A DNA stretch of 51,699 bases from Armatimonadota bacterium (GTDB lineage: Bacteria; Armatimonadota; UBA10988). The stretch spans positions 1 to 51,699 of the forward strand of contig JACRKZ010000107.1 of assembly GCA_016235455.1 (NCBI GenBank). The letters run 5' to 3'. A program made the position numbers and the translations under genes. Below the pieces are notes generated by a model that saw nothing but the letters and a program-made list of their open reading frames with translations, did no database searches and was not told the DNA's origin. Below, in pieces: positions 17,366 through 25,816 of this stretch (the first letter of the stretch is position 1; every line of letters starts with the position of its first letter).

Positions 17366-18208
17366 TCAACCGATCTGTCCCCAGGCCCGGGGCCGTTGTG
17401 TCGCGGCGCGCTCGGGTGGCAGTGGCCGCAGTTCGATCTCCGCGACGATGGGCCGATGGTCGGAGGCCACGGGCTCGTCGATCACCGCGCACGAGACGAC
17501 CCGCGCCTCACGCCGGCCGGGTCGCAAGTAGACGTGGTCGATCTTGGCCGTGGGTCGATCCGCGGGGCAGGTAGGACCGTTGGCCGTGGTGACTTCGAGC
17601 CAGCCGGCCGCCAGCAGCCGCGCCAAGGGCGGCGAGCCGGGCTCGCAGTTCAGATCGCCCGCCAGAATCACCGCCGCATCGCTCGGCACCTTTCCGGCCT
17701 CGGCCAGAATGGCGTCGATCTGGCGAACGCGACTGGCTTGACCGGCGGCGTCGCCCTCGAAGTCGAGATGCGTGGCCATGAAGACCAGCGGCTCGGCCAG
17801 GCCCGGCACCGCGATGTCTGCGCGCAGACAGCAGCGTGGCTCGCCATGGACGGGCAACGGCGTGACGGTGGGGTGGGCGAGGGGATGGCGGGCCAGCAGG
17901 GCGTTGCCATACTCGCCACCCGCGAAGTCGATGGCCCGGCCAAACAGCCCGCCCAGCCCCGTCTGCTGAGCCAGCACGGCCGGCTGGTCGACGCGGCTGG
18001 TGCGCGTCGTGCGGCGCTCGACTTCCTGTAGTGCCACCAGATCCGCATTGGCGTTGGCGAGGATCGCGCCGATGCGGGCCAGGTCCAGCTTGCCATCCAG
18101 CCCGGCGCCGTGGTGGATGTTGTAGGAGACGACGCGCAGCCGCACGGGCTCGGCGCCGGCCGGCGCCGCCAGCGCCGTCACGGCCAGGCAGACAAAGACA
18201 GGTGTCAT
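17366..18208 (-). CDS. Secreted endonuclease/exonuclease/phosphatase family protein
   Basis: Signal peptide; SYNIHHG, DLVALQEV, YGNALL, ATHLD, LAGDLN, KIDHV, ASDHRP. Confidence 0.92.
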   Translation of the reverse strand: MTPVFVCLAVTALAAPAGAEPVRLRVVSYNIHHGAGLDGKLDLARIGAILANANADLVALQEVERRTTRTSRVDQPAVLAQQTGLGGLFGRAIDFAGGEYGNALLARHPLAHPTVTPLPVHGEPRCCLRADIAVPGLAEPLVFMATHLDFEGDAAGQASRVRQIDAILAEAGKVPSDAAVILAGDLNCEPGSPPLARLLAAGWLEVTTANGPTCPADRPTAKIDHVYLRPGRREARVVSCAVIDEPVASDHRPIVAEIELRPLPPERAATQRPRAWGQIG

Positions 18209-18367
18209 GTGCGGGCTCCCGCGGCCGAGCCTACTCCACGCAGGCCGTCACGTCCATTCCGCGCCACGGCGACCGGGGGCGGGTCCTGGGAGGATTCTGC
18301 CTGAGTCTGCCCAAACAAGCCACCCTGGCGCGTCCTGCGGTTTCGGCTCGCGCGAGGAGCACAGCCG

Positions 18368-21300
18368 ATGACACCGATCGACAGCGATGGTAGCGACGCC
18401 GCCGCGCGGCTTGGGCCGCGGCACGGGCTCGCCGTGGGCGAAGGCGTCAGCTTCGGCGCCATCCTCGCCTCCCTGCCCGAAGGTGTCGTCTTCCTGAACC
18501 ACCGCGGCGAGCTGGAGGTGGTCTACCCAGCAGTCTCGGGCCTCCACGGCGACGGCTCAGAGAGCCGAGCGGCACTCGTCCAGGGACTGGACATCCGGCA
18601 CATCCGAACGAACGGGGCACCATTCCCCACCGAAGAGCAGCCTGCGGCCGTGGCCCGGCGCACCGGGCGGCCGGTGCGCAACGTGGAGGTGGGCACGGCG
18701 TTGGCTGACGGACCGATTCGCTGGCATCTAGTCACCGCGGAGCCGGTCTGGGACGGCGAGGACGGAGAGCCGCGCGCCGTGGTCTTCTTCCTCGACGTCA
18801 CCGAGCGACGGCAGGCGGAGGCGGCGCTGCGCGAGCGCGAGGCGCAGCTCGAGGCCATTGCCAACGGCACGACGGACGCGGTCTTCCTGAAGGACACGCA
18901 GGGCCGGTACGTGCTGGCCAACACGAGTACGCTGCGCTTCCTCGGGCTGCCGGCTGAGCATGTCCTGGGCCGCGACGACACTGCCGTGTTCCCCCCCGAC
19001 GAGGCCCGCAAGCTCATGGCGCTGGACCGCGAGGTCATGCACTCGGGGCGGGTCCAGACCAACGAGGAGGTCATCACCGTCCAGGGCGGGCCACGCACAT
19101 TCCTGGCCACCAAGGGCCCGGTGCACGATGCTGACGGGCAGTTGGTGGGTCTGTTCGGCATCTCCCGCGATATCAGTGAGCGCAAGCTCGCGGAGCAGGT
19201 GCTGCGCGACAGCGAAGCGCGGCTGCGCTATGAACTCCAGCTCAGCCAGGCCCTGTCCGCGCCGTTCGAGCTGGACGCGGTGCTGCAGATGGTGGTGGAC
19301 GGTGCCACCCAATTGCTGGACCTGGACACCGGCGCGGTCTACCTGCAGGACGGCGACCAGGTCGTCCTGGCGGCCACCTCGCCGCCGCTGCCACCGAACT
19401 TCCCCGACGAGCTGCGCCGCGCCGCGCTGAGTGACCACCCGCATCTGCGCGCGGCCATCGCCGAAGGCACCGCGATCACCTTGCCGGACGCCGCCACCGC
19501 CCAGCTCACGCCTGCCGAGCGCTCGGCCTGCGACGTGCGGGGCCTGCGGTCACTGGTTTACATCCCGCTGTTGGCGGCGGACCGCGCGGTCGGCGCGCTG
19601 ATTCTGGGCGCCACCAGGGGCGTGCGTACCTTCCAAGACGAGGAACTGCTGCTCTCCACGGGGTTCGCGGGTCAGGCCGCGCAGACCATCGAGAACGTCC
19701 GGCTGTTCGAGGCCTCCCAGGAGCACGCCGCGGCCCTCGCGCGCGAGGTGGCCGAGCGCACGCGCGCGGAGCAGGCGCTGGCGGCCGAAGCCGAAAACGT
19801 GCGTGAGTTGCTGGGCCAGGCTGAGCGGGCGCGCTCGTCACTGGTCGAAGTGCTTGAGGACGAGCAACGCGCGCTGTCGGCTCTGCGTGACAGCGAGGAG
19901 CGGTTCCGCGTGCTCTTCGAGCAGGCGGGCGACTACGCGTTCGTGCTGGAGCCGCACGAGCAGCTCGGCCCGGTAATCGTCGACGCCAACGAGGCGGCCT
20001 GTCTGGCACATGGCTACACCCGCGACGAACTGATCGGCCAGTCCGTGCTTGCCATCGACGTCAGTGGCGTGTCCGACCAGGTTGCGCGCACCAGGCTCGA
20101 GCAGGTGCTGGCCGGCGAGACGATGCGCATGCGCACGGTCCATCGGCGCCGTGACGGCTCCACGTTCCCCGTGGAGGTGACGGCCAAAGTCGTGCGGCGT
20201 GGCGGGCGGTCGCCCCTGATCTTCAGTACCGAGCGCGACATCTCGGAGCGGGTTCGGCTCGAGGAAGAGCGCGAGCGGCTGCAGGCCGAGTTGGCGCAAG
20301 CGCAGAAGATGGAGTCGATCGGCCGGCTGGCTGGCGGCATCGCCCACGACTTCAACAACGTGCTCGGCGCTATCCAGGGCTACACGGAGCTGGCACTGCA
20401 AGATGTGCGGTCCGAGGAAGCCCTGCGCGCCGACCTGGGCGAGGTGCTCAAGGCGTGCGATCGCTCGGCGGATCTCACGCGCCAGTTGCTCGCCTTCGCC
20501 CGCCGACAGACCATCCTGCCGCGCGTGCAGAACCTGAACGAGACCATCGCCAGCATGTTGGCCATGCTCAGGCGGCTGATCGGCGAGAATGTCGAGTTGT
20601 TGTGGCGGCCGGGGCGCGATCTGTGGTCCGTCCGGGTCGACTCCTCTCAGATGGATCAGATCCTGGCCAACCTGTGCGTCAATGCCCGCGATGCCATCAG
20701 CGACGTGGGCACCGTCACCATCGAGACCGGCAACGCGGACCTCGACGAGACCTGCGGCCTGACACAGGTCGGCTGCCCGCCCGGCGAGTACGTGCGGCTC
20801 AGCGTGACTGACAGCGGCTGCGGCATGAGCGAGGAAACGCGCCTGCACATCTTCGAGCCGTTCTACACCACCAAGCCGCTCGGCGAGGGCACGGGCCTGG
20901 GCTTGGCCACGGTCTATGGGGCGGTGCGCCAGAACGGCGGATTCATCCGCGTGGTGAGCGAGCCCGGCCAGGGGTCGACGTTCGATCTGTACTTGCCCCG
21001 CTGCACCAGCGCGGTGGACGACCAGGTTGTCAGCGCTCGCGCCACGGGCACCGCCGGCGCCGGCCAGACCATCGTGGTGGTCGAGGACGACCCCGGCATC
21101 CTGACCATGGTCAAACGCCAGTTGTCCAGCCGTGGCTACCAGATCCTGGCGGCCGGCACCGCCAAGGAGGCCATGCGGCTCGTCGCCGAGCACGACGGCC
21201 AGATCGAGCTCCTGCTCACCGACGTGATCATGCCGGAAATGAACGGCCGTGACCTGGCGAACGCCCTGACGGCTGCGCGGCCCGACCTCAAGTGCCTGTT

Positions 21301-21427
21301 CATGTCGGGCTATCCAGCGGATGTGGTCGCCCAGCACGGCGTCGTGGCCGAAGGCACGAGCTTCATTGGCAAGCCGTTCGCCGCGTCGGCCTTGCTGGAC
21401 CAGGTCGGCGCGCTGCTCAAGGGGTGA
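18368..21427 (+). CDS. Cytoplasmic hybrid sensor histidine kinase (PAS-PAS-GAF-PAS-HisKA-HATPase-REC)
   Basis: PAC ends DVTERR, DISERK, DISERV; AGGIAHDFNN H-box; NLCVNARDA; DSGCGM; FEPFYTTK; GTGLGL; receiver VEDD...LLLTDVIMP...KPF. Confidence 0.95.
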   Translation: MTPIDSDGSDAAARLGPRHGLAVGEGVSFGAILASLPEGVVFLNHRGELEVVYPAVSGLHGDGSESRAALVQGLDIRHIRTNGAPFPTEEQPAAVARRTGRPVRNVEVGTALADGPIRWHLVTAEPVWDGEDGEPRAVVFFLDVTERRQAEAALREREAQLEAIANGTTDAVFLKDTQGRYVLANTSTLRFLGLPAEHVLGRDDTAVFPPDEARKLMALDREVMHSGRVQTNEEVITVQGGPRTFLATKGPVHDADGQLVGLFGISRDISERKLAEQVLRDSEARLRYELQLSQALSAPFELDAVLQMVVDGATQLLDLDTGAVYLQDGDQVVLAATSPPLPPNFPDELRRAALSDHPHLRAAIAEGTAITLPDAATAQLTPAERSACDVRGLRSLVYIPLLAADRAVGALILGATRGVRTFQDEELLLSTGFAGQAAQTIENVRLFEASQEHAAALAREVAERTRAEQALAAEAENVRELLGQAERARSSLVEVLEDEQRALSALRDSEERFRVLFEQAGDYAFVLEPHEQLGPVIVDANEAACLAHGYTRDELIGQSVLAIDVSGVSDQVARTRLEQVLAGETMRMRTVHRRRDGSTFPVEVTAKVVRRGGRSPLIFSTERDISERVRLEEERERLQAELAQAQKMESIGRLAGGIAHDFNNVLGAIQGYTELALQDVRSEEALRADLGEVLKACDRSADLTRQLLAFARRQTILPRVQNLNETIASMLAMLRRLIGENVELLWRPGRDLWSVRVDSSQMDQILANLCVNARDAISDVGTVTIETGNADLDETCGLTQVGCPPGEYVRLSVTDSGCGMSEETRLHIFEPFYTTKPLGEGTGLGLATVYGAVRQNGGFIRVVSEPGQGSTFDLYLPRCTSAVDDQVVSARATGTAGAGQTIVVVEDDPGILTMVKRQLSSRGYQILAAGTAKEAMRLVAEHDGQIELLLTDVIMPEMNGRDLANALTAARPDLKCLFMSGYPADVVAQHGVVAEGTSFIGKPFAASALLDQVGALLKG

Positions 21428-21438
21428 TCCGGCCAGCG

Positions 21439-22965
21439 CTACTCCTCGATCTGAGTCACATCGTCGGCCGGCTTCGGGTAGCCCTTGGCGGCAACCGCGG
21501 CGCGGCATTCGTCCACCATGGCCTGGGTCACGGTGAACTCGAACTTGCCGTAGTCGTCGATCTTGTAGTCGCCCACCCAGAAGAAACCCCACTTGTCGAA
21601 GAAATCGGTCAGGTCGAGCTTGAGGCCGTCGCAGGCCAGTTTGACGAACTCGAACTGGTTGCGGAACGACTCCTTGCCGCGACCCGCATCCGGCCGATTG
21701 CGCATGGTCTCCATCAGGTCGGCGTAGAAGTCGGGCTTGCCCATCTTGAGCGCGTAGAGCTGCAGTTGCCAGAACGGCACCAGGCGGTCGAACACATCGG
21801 CGCACTGGAGGTACGAGATCCTCGCGTCGATGATGTTCTTCCGCGCCGAGGCGTAGTTCTTCTGGTGCCGGATACGGCTCTCGTTGCCCATCTTGCCCAG
21901 TGTGTAGAGCGAGAAGAAGTTGCAGCTCACCTCGGTCATGCCGCTCCACGTCACCTGGGGGCGCATCTGCAGCGCGTGGCCGGTCTCGTGGCTGAAGCCC
22001 CAGCAGGGGTCGCCCTTGATCACCGTGTCGGGGTTGGCCACCATGCCCATGACGCTCTTCGTGCCGAGGTAGGCCACGCCGTCGCCGTCGCGGAACATGT
22101 AGTAGTTGAAGTTGACCCGCGCCAGGATGTGGTTGCGCGGCACCTTGTCGTACTTGACCAGACCCATGAACGTGAAGTGGTGCCCCAGCAGCGTGTCGTA
22201 GTTGCGGATCAGCTCCACGCCACGGCTGCGAGTATGGACGTTGAACCACTCCACGGGATAGGCCACCTGGATGTGCTGGCCGCGCGCGTCCATGATCGGG
22301 CTGACGGCGTGGTCCAGTAGCCGGTCCCAGTCCTCATTGCTCTGCTTCGTGCCGTCGAAGTACCCGTTGACCCGGCCCGTGGGGAAGTGCACGCGGATGC
22401 GCGGCGCCTTTTCGGCCTGGTCGTCGTAGTAGCTGACATAGACCAGCCCGCCCTTGTCGATGTGGACGATGTTGGCGCCCTCGCGCAGGTCGACCGCCTG
22501 CCGATGCAAGCCCCAGCCGTTGGGGTCCTTGGTCGGCTCAATGCCCTCGGCCGGCTTGCGCATCCAGTCGGGGATGAGCAGCTGCAATCGGTGGCCCGCG
22601 GTCGGCCCGACCAGCACCAGGTGCTCGCCGGCGTCGAGCACGATGCCGGTGATGCCTTCATAGCGGCTGAAGCCGTCGCCCAGCTTGAGCGTTCGGCCCA
22701 ACTCCGTGGGCGACGGGTAGGCAGCGTAGTCGGCGACGCGGTAAGCAGGATCGTAGGTCCCAGCGAGCATCGACTCGGCCACGGCGCGCAGCACATCCGT
22801 CTTGAACCCGGCCAGGTCCGCTGCCTTGACCTCCGGCCGCAGCGCCGTGCAGGTCGCGTCGGTGAAATGCGCCAGGTCGGCGGTGACGGCCTGCGCGTCG
22901 AGCGGCGCGGCGGCGGCCGGCAGGCTGGCCGCCAGCGCGGCCATCAGCGTGCATCGCAAGGTCAT
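21439..22965 (-). CDS. Secreted M60-family (enhancin-like) metallopeptidase
   Basis: Signal peptide; WGFSHETGHALQ (HExxH) followed by TEVSCN; RLVPFWQLQLY; DLTDFFDKWGF. Confidence 0.9.
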   Translation of the reverse strand: MTLRCTLMAALAASLPAAAAPLDAQAVTADLAHFTDATCTALRPEVKAADLAGFKTDVLRAVAESMLAGTYDPAYRVADYAAYPSPTELGRTLKLGDGFSRYEGITGIVLDAGEHLVLVGPTAGHRLQLLIPDWMRKPAEGIEPTKDPNGWGLHRQAVDLREGANIVHIDKGGLVYVSYYDDQAEKAPRIRVHFPTGRVNGYFDGTKQSNEDWDRLLDHAVSPIMDARGQHIQVAYPVEWFNVHTRSRGVELIRNYDTLLGHHFTFMGLVKYDKVPRNHILARVNFNYYMFRDGDGVAYLGTKSVMGMVANPDTVIKGDPCWGFSHETGHALQMRPQVTWSGMTEVSCNFFSLYTLGKMGNESRIRHQKNYASARKNIIDARISYLQCADVFDRLVPFWQLQLYALKMGKPDFYADLMETMRNRPDAGRGKESFRNQFEFVKLACDGLKLDLTDFFDKWGFFWVGDYKIDDYGKFEFTVTQAMVDECRAAVAAKGYPKPADDVTQIEE

Positions 22966-23021
22966 CTGCGGCTCCTCAGCAAACGTTGCTGGGAGGCAGT
23001 GTACCCGAACCGGTGCCGGTA

Positions 23022-23047
23022 CGCCAAGGTCCAGATAGGCCTTGGCG
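23022..23047. other. Intergenic 10-bp hairpin downstream of rhaT
   Basis: CGCCAAGGTC-CAGATA-GGCCTTGGCG with one G-T pair. It has no U tract. Confidence 0.5.
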
Positions 23048-23071
23048 CAGCCGCCCGGATTCGAACCGCTC

Positions 23072-24145
23072 CTATTTTGGCGCCGCCGCCGTCAGGAAGT
23101 TGCCATAGCCGATGACCAGCGTCGAGCCGACCAGCACGGCCAGGCCGAGCGCGATGAGCCGGTGGGTGCGGGCGCTGGTGCCGCGCCATTCGTGCAGCGC
23201 CACGCCCCACAGCGTGCTGAAGATGATGATGCTGGCCATGTGCAGCGTCCAACTCGAGAAGTCGTACGCGCCCATCTTGGTCTGGCCCATGGTGTAGAAG
23301 AAGAACTGCAGGTACCAGGTGACGCCGGCCAGCGCCGCGAACAGGTAGTTGGCCCGCAGCGGCACCTCGGCGTCGCGGCTCAGGTACTCGCCGCCGGACT
23401 TGTTGCGCCGGTTCAGCGAGACGCACCACAGCAGGTTGGTGGTGAACCCGCCGGCCAGCACGACGATCAGCGCCGGCAGGCCCTGCCAGATGGCCGAGCC
23501 GCCGCTGGCCTGGAGGTGCTCCTTGGCCAACTCGGTGATGGGCTTGGCGGCGGTCAGGGCGAAGGCCATGCAGGCGGACATGATGCCCGCGAAGGTGGCC
23601 ACCAGCAGGCCCTTGACGAAGCTGAACTCGCCGATGGCCTCGGTCTTCTGCTCGGCGGTCAGCTCGCGCTCCTTGGCCATGCCGGCCATGCCGCTGACGG
23701 CGATGCCGCCCAGACAGACCAGCACGCCGAGCAGCACATAGGGTCCGCCGGCCTCGGACAGCAACTTGCCGAAGGTACCTTGGAAGAGTGGTGGGATGAG
23801 CGTGCCGAACGCCGCGCAGAAGCCCAGGGCGATGGCGTAGCCCAGGGCAATGCCCAGATAGCGCATGGACAGGCCAAAGGTCAGCCCGCCGATGCCCCAC
23901 AGCACGCCGAACACATAGGCCCAGGCGATGCTGCCCGCCGGCGCTCCGGTGAGCACGCCGAGCAGGCCTGGCACGAGCAGCGAGCCCATGACCCACGGCG
24001 CGAAGATCCACGAGAACACGCCGCCGACCAGCCAGTAGGTCTCCCACGACCAACGCCGGACAGACTTGTACGGGATGTAGAAGCTCGCGGCGGCCAGACC
24101 GCCGATCCAGTGCAGCACCACGCCCAGGAACGGATTGGCGTCCAT
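23072..24145 (-). CDS. rhaT: L-rhamnose/proton symporter family transporter
   Basis: WSWETYWLVGG, LWGIGGLTFGLSMRYLG, GIMSACM, GGFTTN, WYLQFFFY, SSWTLHMA. Confidence 0.93.
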   Translation of the reverse strand: MDANPFLGVVLHWIGGLAAASFYIPYKSVRRWSWETYWLVGGVFSWIFAPWVMGSLLVPGLLGVLTGAPAGSIAWAYVFGVLWGIGGLTFGLSMRYLGIALGYAIALGFCAAFGTLIPPLFQGTFGKLLSEAGGPYVLLGVLVCLGGIAVSGMAGMAKERELTAEQKTEAIGEFSFVKGLLVATFAGIMSACMAFALTAAKPITELAKEHLQASGGSAIWQGLPALIVVLAGGFTTNLLWCVSLNRRNKSGGEYLSRDAEVPLRANYLFAALAGVTWYLQFFFYTMGQTKMGAYDFSSWTLHMASIIIFSTLWGVALHEWRGTSARTHRLIALGLAVLVGSTLVIGYGNFLTAAAPK

Positions 24146-24163
24146 GTGGACCTCCCCAGTGGC

Positions 24164-25603
24164 TTAGCAGACTTGGGTGAACTCGATGCCCCACAGCGCG
24201 GCCAGCTTGGCCAGTCGCGAGGCCTGATGGCCCAGGCCGATGGCGCAGTGGTGCGCCGGTCCGGCCTGTGACCAGGCGTTGACGAACGCCTTGGCGCCGA
24301 CCGAGAAGCGGTAGCGGCTGTTGGTGTTGCCGATGTGCATGATCGGGCCCGGCACGGCCTCGCCCTCGGCCGCCAGCAGGCTGAGCCGGCCGGCGCCGTC
24401 CTGCACCACCGACAGCAGCGTCACGGGCCCTTGCTTGACGCGCATCTCGATGGACAGGCCGCAGCCGGGCTTGCCGTGGTAGACCGGTAGCGGCACCAGC
24501 TTGACCGGCCCTTGCGCGATGGCCATGTGGCCCGGCCCGTCGTGGCCGAGGAGCACCACATCGTCGACCAGATCCATCAGGTAGAACTCAGAGAATGAGC
24601 CACCGGCCCCCAGCAGGTCCATGATCTTCATGGCCTGCACGTTCTTCACCTCGCACTCGCCGGCCACGGGCACATGGTGCGCGGTGAGCAGCGAGTTGCC
24701 GGCGATGACCGAGGTGACGATGTTCTCGTACTCGTTGCCCGGCTGACCCTCGTAGTAGTAGGCCATGGAGCCCAGCCCGTGCGCGGCGACCAGCGCGTCG
24801 AGGGCACAGGACGTGCGCGCGGCACGCTCCATTTCCACGGCGCTGCACTCGGGTACCACCTCGAACTCGGCGCGGAACTGGGCCAGCTTGGCGGCCACGT
24901 CGGCTTCGCTGGCCTCCTGGCGCAGGCGGGCCAGCTCGCACATCTCCAGCAGCTCGAAGTGGCAGCCGAACGTCGCCGCCTGCTGGGTCATGTCGCTGTA
25001 CACATCCAACATGCCGCAGTAGTAGTGGCCGAGCACGCCCACGCGGTTGGCGCGCATGGCGGCGGCGACCTTGGCGGCGGTCAGCCAGTCGTCGATCTCC
25101 GCCCACGACTCCGCGTCGTCCAGCGTGCCCGTGACCAGGTGGTAGGCGATGCCCGCGCGGTTGAACACGCAGGCGATCTCCGGTGCCGAGCAGGCCTGGC
25201 AGTGCGCCAACCACTCGCCGGTCATTGTGCCGCGGTCGCCCAGCGCGTTGAACCGCTCGTAGTCGAGCTGCGCTGTGGGCTGCAGGTTGAGCACCACCAC
25301 GGGCACCTTGGTCTGCTGCACCACGGGCAGGACGGTAGAGCTCAGCGCGTACGTCGAGACATACAGCAGGATCAGCTCGACGCCTTCGCGCTGGAACAGC
25401 GCGGCGGCCTCGCGCGCGGCGGGCGGGTTGTCCACCAGCCCGGCGTCGACCACCGTCACGCCGGCCTCTGCGACCCGCCGGGCGATGCCGGCCTGATAGC
25501 CCAGCAGGCGCTCGTGCAGCCCCGCGAACTGGGGCCAGTAGGTATCCAACCCGATGCCGTACAACCCGACGCGGATCGGCTGGGACGTGGCAGGATCTGG
25601 CAT
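24164..25603 (-). CDS. L-fucose/L-arabinose isomerase family protein
   Basis: VGLYGIGLDTYWPQF, PVAGECEVKN, GGSFSEFY, LLGHDGPGH, IGNTNSRYRF, GPAHHCAIG. An AAGGAG SD precedes 25603. Confidence 0.88.
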   Translation of the reverse strand: MPDPATSQPIRVGLYGIGLDTYWPQFAGLHERLLGYQAGIARRVAEAGVTVVDAGLVDNPPAAREAAALFQREGVELILLYVSTYALSSTVLPVVQQTKVPVVVLNLQPTAQLDYERFNALGDRGTMTGEWLAHCQACSAPEIACVFNRAGIAYHLVTGTLDDAESWAEIDDWLTAAKVAAAMRANRVGVLGHYYCGMLDVYSDMTQQAATFGCHFELLEMCELARLRQEASEADVAAKLAQFRAEFEVVPECSAVEMERAARTSCALDALVAAHGLGSMAYYYEGQPGNEYENIVTSVIAGNSLLTAHHVPVAGECEVKNVQAMKIMDLLGAGGSFSEFYLMDLVDDVVLLGHDGPGHMAIAQGPVKLVPLPVYHGKPGCGLSIEMRVKQGPVTLLSVVQDGAGRLSLLAAEGEAVPGPIMHIGNTNSRYRFSVGAKAFVNAWSQAGPAHHCAIGLGHQASRLAKLAALWGIEFTQVC

Positions 25604-25624
25604 CTGCGCGCTCCTTGGGCGGGT

Positions 25625-25649
25625 GTTCGGCGTGTGGGGCGGGGCACCT
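25625..25649 (-). promoter_or_regulatory. Putative sigma-H-like promoter of the isomerase-rhaT operon
   Basis: GCAGGT-N17-GAAC, 21 nt before the ATG. Confidence 0.5.
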
Positions 25650-25684
25650 GCGCGAATCCGGGGCATGTTGGTGGATCGTGGCAG

Positions 25685-25747
25685 CCCCCCTGTAGTCCCC
25701 GGCGAGCGGGGGACGGAACATCCGCTCGCGGAGGGTTGGGGTGGGGG
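25685..25747 (+). repeat. Family A palindromic doublet repeat, copy 3 (degenerate)
   Basis: CCCCCCTGTAGTCCCCGGCGAGCGGGGGAC...TCCGCTCGCGGAGGGTTGGGGTGGGGG. Confidence 0.85.
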
Positions 25748-25816
25748 CTGTCTGGCGCCGTCCCCGTCTTGCGCCGACCCCAGCGATGTGCCACCATGGC
25801 CCTGCGGAGCGGCATC

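Noticed and set aside
18291-18317. Sixth sigma-H-like promoter (AGGA-N17-CAAAC) before the hybrid kinase
   Set aside because: The -10 box lacks GAA, so it is too weak to count.
23000-23110. Intact tRNA gene
   Set aside because: Only a 3' fragment is present. The T-stem is incomplete and the upstream sequence is rhaT coding.
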